A DNA stretch of 64,000 nt from Balanoglossus misakiensis (lineage: Eukaryota; Animalia; Hemichordata), in contig CM082593.2 in assembly GCA_040954595.2 (NCBI GenBank), forward strand, positions 9,619,200 to 9,683,199, written 5' to 3'. Under the pieces are notes generated by a model that was not told the DNA's origin, did not search any database, and saw nothing but the letters and a program-made list of their open reading frames with translations. This document shows, one piece after another, positions 26,448-37,137 of this stretch. The position numbers and the translations under genes are program-made. Numbering within the stretch: the stretch's first letter is position 1; each line of letters opens with the position of its first letter.

Positions 26448-26990
26448 TTGTTGTAAATATGGACTTGTGACTTTTATAATACATCATGTATGATGTAATA
26501 TGCTGAAAGTAATGTGTTAAGCAGTTGCCTGAATCAGCTTTGTTGTTTTGGCAAATACCTTTGTCACTTCTATGTCTATGACTTCAGAATGAGAATTAGA
26601 AATGATATGAAAATAATAAAGTATAGAAATATGTTGAAATAAATATCAAGTGTTTCCTATATACAGCTATGTAATTATTTTCATGATTTTTTACCATGTA
26701 GGTGTTCAACGAATGAAATATGGTATACTTTGTTTCTTATACACATGCCTTTTATGTATATATAGCAAGATATTAACATTATGATAATCAATGAAATAAA
26801 GACATCAGAATGAATCAAATGCACTGTTTCTTTATTTGTGTGTGAATTTTGGAATGCATACATAAAAAAAAATTAAATTATGAAATTCAATGCACCTGGG
26901 GAATAATTCTGAAATAAATAAGAAATTAAATTCAATAAGTGCAGGAAATGTCAAGTCCCAACAGCAACAGTTAACACCAGGTAAGTTCCA

Positions 26991-27604
26991 TCATAGGTGT
27001 TGTGGCACACCATGCTTATTCCAGCATCCGAAGTGGAAGTGTATAGTTGTTGTTTCCATGGACTTCCTATACCTGATAATTAGGGGCTTCTCATCTGTAC
27101 ACACCACTGCAACCCTTTGACCCCTGCATTCCTTGAATAAAAGCTGCTGGTTGTCATAGCGATCTCCTTTGCCTAACACATAGTTGACCTTGTTGATCCA
27201 AGTGAACCTCAGGGTTACCGTACCAGGGGTCTCCTTCTCATCTATACCCATCGAATTACGCGCAGCATACAGCTGAATGATATTAAAAACTTCACTAGGA
27301 ATGTTCCTACTAAAGGTGCCTTTCCAGGGATTTCGAAGGGAACTCGATGGTTTCATCTTCTGCTTCAAGATTGACCGCCAATGTGCCATCTCACGCTCAA
27401 ACATAGGATAAAGGGGTATCTGCATAAACCTCGTTTTATCTGGTGTGTCATGCTTCTTGGCAGCAACATCAACGGCAGCGTCAATGTCATAAAAAAACTA
27501 TGCAAATTGATGTTACCGAAGGTTTTCCTCCGTAATAGTTGAAACTTGGCCTGGCGTAGCTTTTGTTTTACGACCTTGGTTGTTTTGATCATGGGCGCCG
27601 CCAT
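26991..27604 (-). CDS. Second, convergent transposon gene, ~204 aa, unknown function; one frameshift in a T7 run
   Basis: ATG at 27604 in AAGATGGCGGC context, ~105 bp inside the right TIR. One extra T at ~27491-27497 fuses MAAPM..NLHSFF to YDIDAAVD..TRFMQIPLYP..HFGCWNKHGVPQHL. Minus-strand AATAAA near 26831. Confidence 0.6.
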
Positions 27605-29089
27605 CTTGTATACCGGTTGCTAACAGGATGACCTCATCGGTGACCTCTATTTTACATATAAATGCTTCGCGGAATACTACTCAAAATCGGTACGCTCGTG
27701 GACCGCAGTGTCGCCTGCGGCTCGGGCATCATCAATATTATAGTCAGAGATCACCATCCCTCGTGCAGGCTTCAAATCGTGATATTGCCCTCGCTATCAT
27801 GTGTTATTATTTAAATACCAATGGGACCTAAAAATTGTCATTTTGAGATGATGTTCATCAGCTATGACCAATGATTTTTTTCAAAAAATTGAAGAAATTT
27901 TGAACTTTCGCAAAGTCGAAAAATTGTCATTTTTGGATGATTTGCATGAGCTATAACGCATGATTTTGTTCTTCAAAAATGTGAAGAAATATTGAACTTT
28001 CGCAATGTGGAAAAATTGTAATAATGCTATAACCCATGATTTTTTTCCAAAAAACGAAAAAATTTTGAACTTTCGCGAAGTCGAAAAATTGTAATTTGTT
28101 GATGGTTTTCATGAGCTGTAACCCATGACTTTTTTTAAAAAATGAAGAAATTTTGAACTTTCGCAAAGTCGAAAAATTGTTATTTTTGGATGATTTTCAT
28201 TTCATTTCATTTCATTTCATAGTTTATTCGCTAATGTATGTTTGAAAATAAAATACACCAGAAATCTCATTGGCTCGAACTCTAACAATATTAAGACATT
28301 TGCAATGTAAAAACAGGGTCAACGACACCGATAAAATACAAACACTCACTATAAAAAGTTACGAGTATCTGGCTAAAGGGTCCATCCCATTCAATTGACG
28401 GACTGCTGATGGATAAAAACTTTTCCTATGACGTTCTGATTTTGTTGCAATTGAGCGGTAACGCTTGCCTGATTGCAAAAGTGAAAACTGATGAAAGGCA
28501 GGATGAGAAGAATCGGAGAGTATAGACTTTGTTTTCTTGTGCATCCTAGATCTGTATAGGTCATCTAATTGAGAACAGTATAGAAAACATTTTCCAATTT
28601 CCGAAAAACCTCTTTTTTACATAATTACTGCTGAAAAAGTTAGAAATTTATGAAAATATTCCTTATTCTTTGCCAATTTCTAATGAAAAAATTACATAAA
28701 GGTATTCTTAGTCTCTTTCCTGCAGCTGTACAGCAGGAAAAATGCATTTTGTCATATTTTGGCTTTAAACTCAAATTAAAATTTATCTGTGAAAAAACTG
28801 AGTCTCCTTCAAAGCCACGTACATGACAGTCCTTTTGATTTTTTTCTAATGAAATTTTGTCTCCATGTTTATCATGAGTAATATTTCTATTTGCAAGTGT
28901 GTGAATTGCTTGTAAAATTTCGCCAGAAAAAACAATAGCATCAAAAAGTTAATCTGAAACCCAATATTTATTACAAGAATTGTTAGATTAATATCCGTAT
29001 CACACAAATCCGTTGGATTTCGTATGAATTTTAGGAAATAAGCACTGCTAATTGACAAATCCATATTTTGCAGCTGAAATACTTGGAAA

Positions 29090-29625
29090 AGAGTCAGTGG
29101 CATGTGAAAGCTTGGAAATTTCCAAGCACTGACAAGGGTCAGTGGTCGGAAATTTCCAGACACTCAGGGAATGTGAGAGCCTGGAAATTTCCAAGCACTG
29201 ACAAGGGTCAGTGGTCGGAAATTTCCAGACACTCAGGGAATGTGAGAGCTTAGAAATTTCCAAGCACTGACAAGGGTCAGAGGTCGGAAATTTCCAGACA
29301 CTCAGGGAATGTGAGAGCTTAGAAATTTCCAAGCACTGACAAGGGTCAGTGGTCGGAAATTTCCAGACACTCAGGGAATGTGAGAGCTTAGAAATTTCCA
29401 ATCACTGACAATGGTCAGTGGTCGGAAATTTCCGGACACTCAGGGAATGTGAGAGCCTGGAAATTTCCAAGCACTGACAAGGGTCAGTGGTCGGAAATTT
29501 CCAGACACTCAGGGAATGTGAGAGCTTAGAAATTTCCAAGCACTGACAAGGGTCAGTGGTCGGAAATTTCCAGACACTCAGGGAATGTGAGAGCCTTGAA
29601 ATTTCCAAGCACTGACAGGGTCGTG
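29090..29625 (-). repeat. 69-bp tandem array, left arm
   Basis: Unit is the reverse complement of GACCCTTGTCAGTGCTTGGAAATTTCCAGGCTCTCACATTCCCTGAGTGTCTGGAAATTTCCGACCACT; ~7-8 copies. Confidence 0.93.
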
Positions 29626-29690
29626 GTAGTCCCCCGTACAGGTCTGCGTTCTCCCGGCGTTTAATACATGGCTTCCACCACATCTCTGCA

Positions 29691-30082
29691 AGGCTCCATG
29701 GACAAAACTGATTCGTCTGAGATCCGGATCCGGACAGCAGCTTTTCGGCCGAGATTCGATTTTATCGGGGGGAATCTTTCCCCCGTCTACCCACAAATGA
29801 CTCCAAATATGATGTAATTAACTTCCGAGCCGCTCGCTTTCTGATTTTCTCTTGTGTTTACCTGTTGAGATCGCCATATTGAATACAGTGAGGTTATCTC
29901 AATGGGTAAACACAAACGTTTCAGAAAGCGAGCGGTTCGGATGTTAGAAGAAGTCAATCGTGGAGTCGGTTATAACCGGTTAGTAGACAGGGAAAGGATA
30001 TTCTCCCGATAAAATCGAATTTCGGCGAAAAGCTCTGGTACGGATCTGGACCGCAGACGCAACAGGTTTGTCTAAGGAGCCT
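29691..30082. mobile_element. Old foldback MITE in the core of the TIR element
   Basis: AGGCTCCATGGACAAA...CCGCTCGCTTTCTGA is mirrored by TCAGAAAGCGAGCGG...TTTGTCTAAGGAGCCT. Also present in copy 2 (~54283-54674). Confidence 0.55.
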
Positions 30083-30519
30083 TAGCGTCACAGTGTTCAT
30101 GACAGGCTTCGCCTACCAACTCCTCTGAGTTAGCCCATACACTAGTTGTTTATTGGGAATTGGTATTGTTTATCTGACATAATTGTTCTTTCTACTCTGT
30201 ATACAAAGTCACAACTTCACATCTACCAAATGCAGTGTTACCAAATGTCACAGTTCAAACCACTGTTTATAAAGAAGTATTGGCCATCCCGCCCCTCTCT
30301 CTTCATTCCGAACCTATTCCCAAGTGTACGCGGTACATTTGTTGGTGCCGAGACCAGGATGTCGGGCATGGAGAGAGAGAGAGAAGAACAGCAGAAGAGG
30401 CCACCGCAGTCAAATGACCAATCTCATCCGTAGGGTTGAAGATATAAACACAGGCGCAGTTCCTCAACAGATCGTTTTCCTAAAGGCCATAATTTGAAAC
30501 ATGATAGAGAAACTCAAGA

Positions 30520-31158
30520 TTTCCAAGCACTGACCCTGTCAATGCTTGGAAATTTCCAGGCTCTCACATTCCCCGAGTGTCTGGAAATTTCCGACCACTG
30601 ACCCTGTCAGTGCTTGGAAATTTCTAGGCTCTCACATTCCCTGAGTGTCTGGAAATTTCCGACCACTGACCCTTGTCAGTGCTTGGAAATTTCTAAGCTC
30701 CAACATTCCCTGAGTGTCTGGAAATTTCCGACCACTGACCCTTGTCAGTGCTTGGAAATTTCCAGGCTCTCACATTCCCTGAGTGTCCGGAAATTTCCGA
30801 CCACTGACCCTTGTCAGTGCTTGGAAATTTCCAGGCTCTCACATTCCCTGAGTGTCTGGAAATTTCCGACCACTGACCCTTGTCAGTGCTTGGAAATTTC
30901 CAGGCTCTCACATTCCCTGAGTGTCCGGAAATTTCCGACCACTGACCCTTGTCAGTGCTTGGAAATTTCCAGGCTCTCACATTCCCTGAGTGTCTGGAAA
31001 TTTCCGACCACTGACCCTTGTCAGTGCTTGGAAATTTCTAAGCTCTCACATTCCCTGAGTGTCTGGAAATTTCCGACCACTGACCCTTGTCAGTGCTTGG
31101 AAATTGCCAGGCTCTCACATTCCCTGAGTGTCTGGAAATTTCCAGACACTGACCCTTC
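30520..31158 (+). repeat. 69-bp tandem array, right arm, inverted relative to the left arm
   Basis: ~9 copies; this array explains the 23-aa periodic ORFs. Confidence 0.93.
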
Positions 31159-34100
31159 TGGAGTGACTAGCAATTTTTGCAAATTGTACTATTAATTGAA
31201 TTCATAATTTAATTATTAGTTTTTTTCAATGAAATATTCAAATCCATACAACCCAAAGATGGTTCCTTCATTATTTCTATGGAAATTTCACAGTTTATTC
31301 TTTTCTTTCTGCACACTCGCAAACATCTTGAAAATAATCATAGAAAAATATCGAAATATATTGTACTGTGAACAAAACACTAATTTCCTTGAAAAAAGTT
31401 TAAAAAACGGCTACTTTTCGGAAATTGGAAAATGTTTTCTATACTGTTTGAGGCAGGTTTACACCAATAATGCGCTCAGCAGAACGTATTACTCTGTTTA
31501 ATAGACGGCGGTCTCCAACAGTTGAGCTCCCGTACCAGACAGCAATGGAGACTGTCAACACACCCTCAACAACTGCCCGATAAAATTTTATCAGGAGATC
31601 CCTGCTAAGACCGAAGCCCGCCAGCCCTCGTAGAAAGAACAATCGTCGCTGAGCTTTCTGAACACAATGCTCGACGTGCGCCTGCCAGGTTAAATCACTA
31701 GAGATGTAGATGCCGAGGAATTAAAAGGTGTCAACTATCTCGACATCTGTACCATTGATAGACAAAGGTGTGAGGGGGGTCTTATTCCTCCGAAAATCGA
31801 TAATGATCTCTTTTGTCTTGCTAACATTTAATTCTAAGTTATTGGCAGCACACCACATCACCAATTCATCAACCTGGCGGCGATAATTGATCTCATTTTC
31901 GTCAATCAGCCCAGCAACAGTTGTATCATCTGCAAATTTAATAGTGAGTGAGTTTTCAAACCACGATATGCAATCCGAAGTCATTAGAGAATAAAGCAAT
32001 GGAAACAGGGCACAACATTGTGGTGCACCTGTATTCAAAACCAGTGTTTTAGAATATCGTGAACCTATTGTGACCATCTGTGGTCGGCCTTAAGAAAATC
32101 ATCCAAAAATAACCCATGACTTTTTTTTCCAAAAATGTGAAGAGACGTTGAACTTTCGCAAAGTCGAAATATTGTCATTTTGGACGATTTTCATGACTCA
32201 TGATTTTTTTTCAAAAAAGTGAAGAAATTTTGAACTTTCGCAAAGTCTAAAAATAGTCTTTTTTGGACGATTTTCATGAGCTATAACCCATGATTTTTTC
32301 TTCAAAAATGTGAAGAAAATTTGAACTTTCGCAAAGTCTAAAAATAGTCATTTTTGGACTATTTTCAGGACCTATAACCCATGATTTTCTTCAGAAAATG
32401 ATGAAATTTTGAAATTTCGCAAAGTCGAAAAATTGTCATTTTTGCATAATGTTCATGAGCTATAACCCATGATTTTTTTCTTTTGAAATTTCGCAAAGTA
32501 ACTCATGATTATTTCAAAAAATGAAGAAATTTTGAACTTTCGCAAAGACGAAAAATTGTCATTTTTAAATGATTTTCATGAGCTATAACGCATGATTTTA
32601 TTCTTCAAAAATGTGAAAAAAGTTTGAACTTTCGCAAAGTCGAAAAATACACATTTTTGGACAATTTTCATGAGCTGTAGCCCAAGAAAATTCGAACTTT
32701 CCCAAAGTCGATTTTTTTTTATTTTTGGATGATTTTCAAGAGCTCAAACCCATGATTTTTTTCCCAATAATGTGAAGAGATGTTGAACTTTCGCAAAGTC
32801 TAAAAGTAGTCATTTTTGGACGATTTTCAGGACCTATAACCCATTATTTTCTTCAAAAAATGAAGAAATTTTGAACTTTCGCAAAGACGAAAAATTTTTG
32901 ATTGATTTTCATGATCTATAACCCATGATTTTTTTCAAAAAGAGAAGAAATTTTGAAATTTCGCAAAGTCGATTTTTTTTATTATTAGGTGATATTTATG
33001 ACCCATTAATTTTTCAAAAAATGAAGAAATTTTGAACTTTCGCAAAGACAAAAAATTGTGATTTTTGGATGATTAAATGAGCTATAACGCATGATTTTTT
33101 TCTTCAAAAATGTGAAGAAATTTTGAACTTTCGCAATGTTGAAAAATTGTCATTTTTGGATGATTTTCATGATCTATAACCCATGATTTTTTTCAAAAAG
33201 TGAAGAAATTTTGAAATTTCGCAAAGTCGAAAAATTGTCATTTTTGGATGATGTTCACGAGCTATAACCCATGACTTTTTTCTTTTGAAATTTCGCAATT
33301 GAAATTTGACGATTTTCATGACCTATAACCCATGATTTTTTTTCAAGAAAACGAAGAAATTTCGAACTTTCGCAAAGTCGATTTTTTTATTTTTGGATGA
33401 TTTTCAAGAGCTCAAACCCATGATTTTTTCCCAATAATGTGAAGAGATGTTGAACTTTCGCAAAGTCTAAAAATAGTCATTTTTGGACGATTTTCAGGAC
33501 CTATAACCCATGACTTTTTTCAAGAAAACGAAGAAATTTTGAACTATCGCAAAGTCAAAAAATTGTTATTTTTGGATGATTTTTAGGAGCTAAAACCCAT
33601 GATTTTTTTTCCAAAAATGTGAAGAGATGTTGGACTTTCGCAAAGTCGAAATATTGTCATTTTGGACGATTTTCATGACTCATGATTTTTTTTTCAAAAA
33701 AGTGAAGAAATTTTGAACTTTCGCAAAGACAAAAAATTGTCATTTTTGGATGATTAAATGAGCTATAACGCATGATTTTTTTCTTCAAAAATGTGAAGAA
33801 ATTTTGAACTTTCGCAATGTTGAAAAATTGTCATTTTTGGATGATTTTCATGAGCTATAACCCATGATTTTTTTCAAAAAGTGAAGAAATTTTGAAATTT
33901 CGCAAAGTCGAAAAATTGTCATTTTTGGATGATGTTCACGAGCTATAACCCATGACTTTTTTCTTTTGAAATTTCGCAATTGAAATTTGACGATTTTCAT
34001 GACCTATAACCCATGATTTTTTTTCAAGAAAACGAAGAAATTTCGAACTTTCGCAAAGTCGATTTTTTTATTTTTGGATGATTTTCAAGAGCTCAAACCC

Positions 34101-35235
34101 ATGATTTTTTCCCAATAATGTGAAGAGATGTTGAACTTTCGCAAAGTCTAAAAATAGTCATTTTTGGACGATTTTCAGGACCTATAACCCATGACTTTTT
34201 TCAAGAAAACGAAGAAATTTTGAACTATCGCAAAGTCAAAAAATTGTTATTTTTGGATGATTTTTAGGAGCTAAAACCCATGATTTTTTTTCCAAAAATG
34301 TGAAGAGATGTTGGACTTTCGCAAAGTCGAAATATTGTCATTTTGGACGATTTTCATGACTCATGATTTTTTTTTCAAAAAAGTGAAGAAATTTTGAACT
34401 TTCGCAAAGACAAAAAATTGTCATTTTTGGATGATTAAATGAGCTATAACGCATGATTTTTTTCTTCAAAAATGTGAAGAAATTTTGAACTTTCGCAATG
34501 TTGAAAAATTGTCATTTTTGGATGATTTTCATGAGCTATAACCCATGATTTTTTTCAAAAAGTGAAGAAATTTTGAACTTTAGCAATGTTGAAAAATTGT
34601 CATTTTTGGATGATTTTCATGAGCTATAACCCATGACTTTTTTCTTTTTTCAAAAAAGTGAAGAAATTTTGAACTTTCGCAAAGTCTAAAAATAGTCTTT
34701 TTTGGACGATTTTCATGAGCTATAACTCATGATTTTTTTTCAAAAAAGTGAAGAAATTTAGAAATTTCGCAAAGTCGAAAAATCGTCATTTTTGGATGAT
34801 GTTCATGAGCTATAACCCATGATTTTTTTCTTCAAAAATGTGAAGCAAATTTGAACTTTCGCAATGTGTGGAAAAATAGTCATTTTTGGACGATTTTCAG
34901 GACCTATAACCCATGATTTTCTTCAGAAAATGAAGAAATTTTGAACTTTCGCAAAGACAAAAAAATGTCATTTGTGGATGATTTTCATGAGCTATAACCC
35001 ATGATTTTTTTCAAAAAGTGAAGAAATTTTGAAATTTCGCAAAGTCGAAAAATTGTCATTTTTGGACGATTTTCATGACCTATAACCCATAATTTTTTTC
35101 TTAAAAAATGTGAAGAAATTTTAAACTTTCGCAAAGTCGAAAAATTGTCATTTTTGGACGATTTTCATGACCTATAACCCATGATTTTTTTCAAGAAAAC
35201 GAAGAAATTTCGAACTTTCAGAAAAGTCGATTTTT

Positions 35236-37137
35236 AGCTCGGCTGTCACTTGTGTCAGCTGAGCTGTAGCAGTAGGTTGATTAGTGTCCGTCCATCGTCC
35301 GTCGTCTGTCGTCCGTCGTCCGTCGTCCATCAACTTTTGGTATTTCAATCTTCTTCTTTAAAACAACTTGGCATATTTAGCTGAAATTTGGTTGGAATGT
35401 GTGTTATGGTGCCCTTCACTGATTTTGTTAATTTGGACTTGGTGGGGTCATGAATATGCAAATTAGATCTAAAAATAGAATTTTTGGTAAAAATCTTCTT
35501 CTCCACAACTACATGTACAATGGAGCTGAAATTTGGTAGGAATGTGTGTTATGGGGCCCCTACCTGATTTTGTAAATTTGGATTTGATGGGGTCATTAAT
35601 ATGCAAATTAGATCTAAAAATAGAATTTTTGGTAAACATCTTCTTCTCCACAACTACATGTACAATGGAGCTGAAATTTGGTAGGAATGTGTGTTATGGG
35701 GCCCCTACCTGATTTTGTAAATTTGGATTTGATGGGATCATTAATATGCAAATTAGATCTAAAAATAGAATTTTTGGTAAAAAATATTTTTCTCCATAAC
35801 TACATGTACGATAGAGCTGAAATTTGGTAGGAATGTGTGTTATGGTGTCCCTACCTGATTTTGTTAATTTGGATTTGATGGGGTCATCAATATGCAAATT
35901 AGATCTAAAAATAGAATTTTATGGGGTCAAAAAAATTTGCCCAAATTTTTGGTGACCTCAGATGACCTTTGACCTACTTTCCTATATCTCGGCATACAGA
36001 GCAGGTACAGACTTGGCGTTTTGAGGGTTGGGGCTAAAATTTAAAAGCCGAAATGGGGGTCACCTGTGACACCTGCATATCTCATTAATTATGCACATAC
36101 CTAATTCTAGGCTAACCAATAGGGCTATAGGTTTTGTTTTTGTTGAACATGGACAAGTATGGGGTCAAAATTTCTTGCCCAAATTTTTGGTGACCTTAGG
36201 TGACCTTTGACCTACTTTACCATATCTCTGTATCCAGAGCAGGTACAGCCTTGGTATTTAGAAGGATGGAACTCCTAATGGAGTCTTACACTTTGCCTCA
36301 TTAATTATGTGCATACCTAATTCTAGGCGAACCAATAAGGCTAGAGGTCTGGTTTTTGTTGGACCTGGATTAGTAAGGGTCAAAATTTCTTGCCCAAATT
36401 TTGGGTGACCTTAGGTGACCTTTGACCTACTTTACCATATCTTGGTATCCAGAGCAGGTACAGCCTTGGTATTTGGAGGGATGGAACTCCTAATGGAGTC
36501 TTACACTTTACCTCATTAATATGTGCATACCTAATTCTAGGCGAACCAATAAGGCTAGAGGTCTGGTTTTTGTTGGACCTGGATAAGTATAGGGTCAAAA
36601 TTTCTTGCCCAAATTTTGGTGACCTTTGACATTCTTCTGCATAACTCGGCACCCAGAGTAGGTACAGTACGGATGGGACCAAAATAAGAAACCAAATTTA
36701 AAGGTCACCTGTGACACCTACTTAACTCATTAATTATGAGCATACCTAATTCCAGGCTAACTAATAGGGGTTGAGGTTTCGTTCTTGTGGGACATGGACC
36801 AGTATAGGGTCAAAATTATTACCCAAATTTCTGGTGACCTCACATGACCTTTGATGTAAATATGACGGAAATGCGAAATACTACATAAATTAAAAGTCTG
36901 CTGACTTTATATTTGGTAAGAATAAGCACACACCTGTAATGATTACCGCTATGTGCTATGTGCAATGTTGGCTTGTGCCCGCTATTGCTACTTGGCAGCT
37001 ATATTGATGTCTATGTTTGGTTTTGTTTAATAGAATACAATTGTTATAAATTAAAACCTATGGTATTCTGTATTCATATCATTGCCCAGGTTACACTGTT
37101 AAAGTCAGCAAAGCTCTTTTGACCAATAGGTCACTTG
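35236..37137 (+). mobile_element. HINE family B (chimeric: 145-bp array plus family-A-related units)
   Basis: 5' hairpin AGCTCGGCTG..CAGCTGAGCT, (CGTC)-type microsatellite, four 145-bp units (AGCTGAAATTTGG at 35379, 35524, 35669, ~35814), 3' subTIR CAGCAAAGCT and stem-loop TGACC-AATA-GGTCA. Inserted in a T run. Confidence 0.8.

Larger units (their letters stand above)
22596..27710 (+). mobile_element. 5115-bp cut-and-paste DNA transposon, CAC-terminated, with a RAG1/Transib/Chapaev-like transposase and a second gene
   Basis: Left end CACTACGGTCCAGGAG; right end reverse-complements to CACTGCGGTCCACGAG. Flanked by a direct TCG at 22593-22595 and 27711-27713. Removing the element and one TCG restores the host palindrome. 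Confidence 0.9.
22037..27814 (+). mobile_element. Non-autonomous Crypton(V)-like element (~660 bp without its nested insert)
   Basis: No TSD. Short IR TTATTACACC/GGCGTAATAA, GATTGGCTGA..TCACGTGA near the left end, and a ~85-bp-arm palindrome (22507-22592 vs 27722-27809) with apex CCCTCGCCTGCGGCTCGGG. The relic peptide MASKRH..LDDIL..DSK..KIATNSAV resembles Crypton recombinase N-termini. Confidence 0.6.
19817..27829 (-). mobile_element. HINE family A (~7 239-bp units), terminal hairpin split by a nested insertion at 22037-27814
   Basis: Same ends as the 13204 copy. GGTATATAGGCCT (to 22036) resumes as ATACCAATGGGACCT at 27815. Confidence 0.85.
28574..31448. mobile_element. Non-autonomous TIR DNA transposon (2875 bp), copy 1
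   Basis: Perfect ~34-bp TIR AACAGTATAGAAAACATTTTCCAATTTCCGAAAA. The 4-bp TSD TGAG is confirmed by the uninterrupted LINE copy (~17685-17695). Confidence 0.93.
28199..32092 (-). mobile_element. Rex1/Babar-like LINE, copy 2, with intact 3' UTR and tail, split by a TIR element
   Basis: Same 5' truncation point and flanks as copy 1. (ATTTC)n tail at ~28199-28220, stop codon at 28359, RT pieces at 31449-32090 and 28359-28573. Confidence 0.9.

Noticed and set aside
22596-27710. Calling this ProtoRAG (RAG1L-RAG2L) or assigning the symbol RAG1
   Set aside because: The TSD is 3 bp rather than 5, the second gene has no kelch/PHD motifs, and no RING or nonamer-binding domain is recognisable.
29090-31158. 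CRISPR-like appearance of palindromic repeats
   Set aside because: No unique spacers, no cas genes, and the context is eukaryotic.
29048-31195. ORFs with 23-aa periodicity (EISRLSHSLSVWKFPTTDPCQCL), also at 53439-55383
   Set aside because: A 69-bp unit is a multiple of 3 and is open in several frames on both strands; there is no gene structure.
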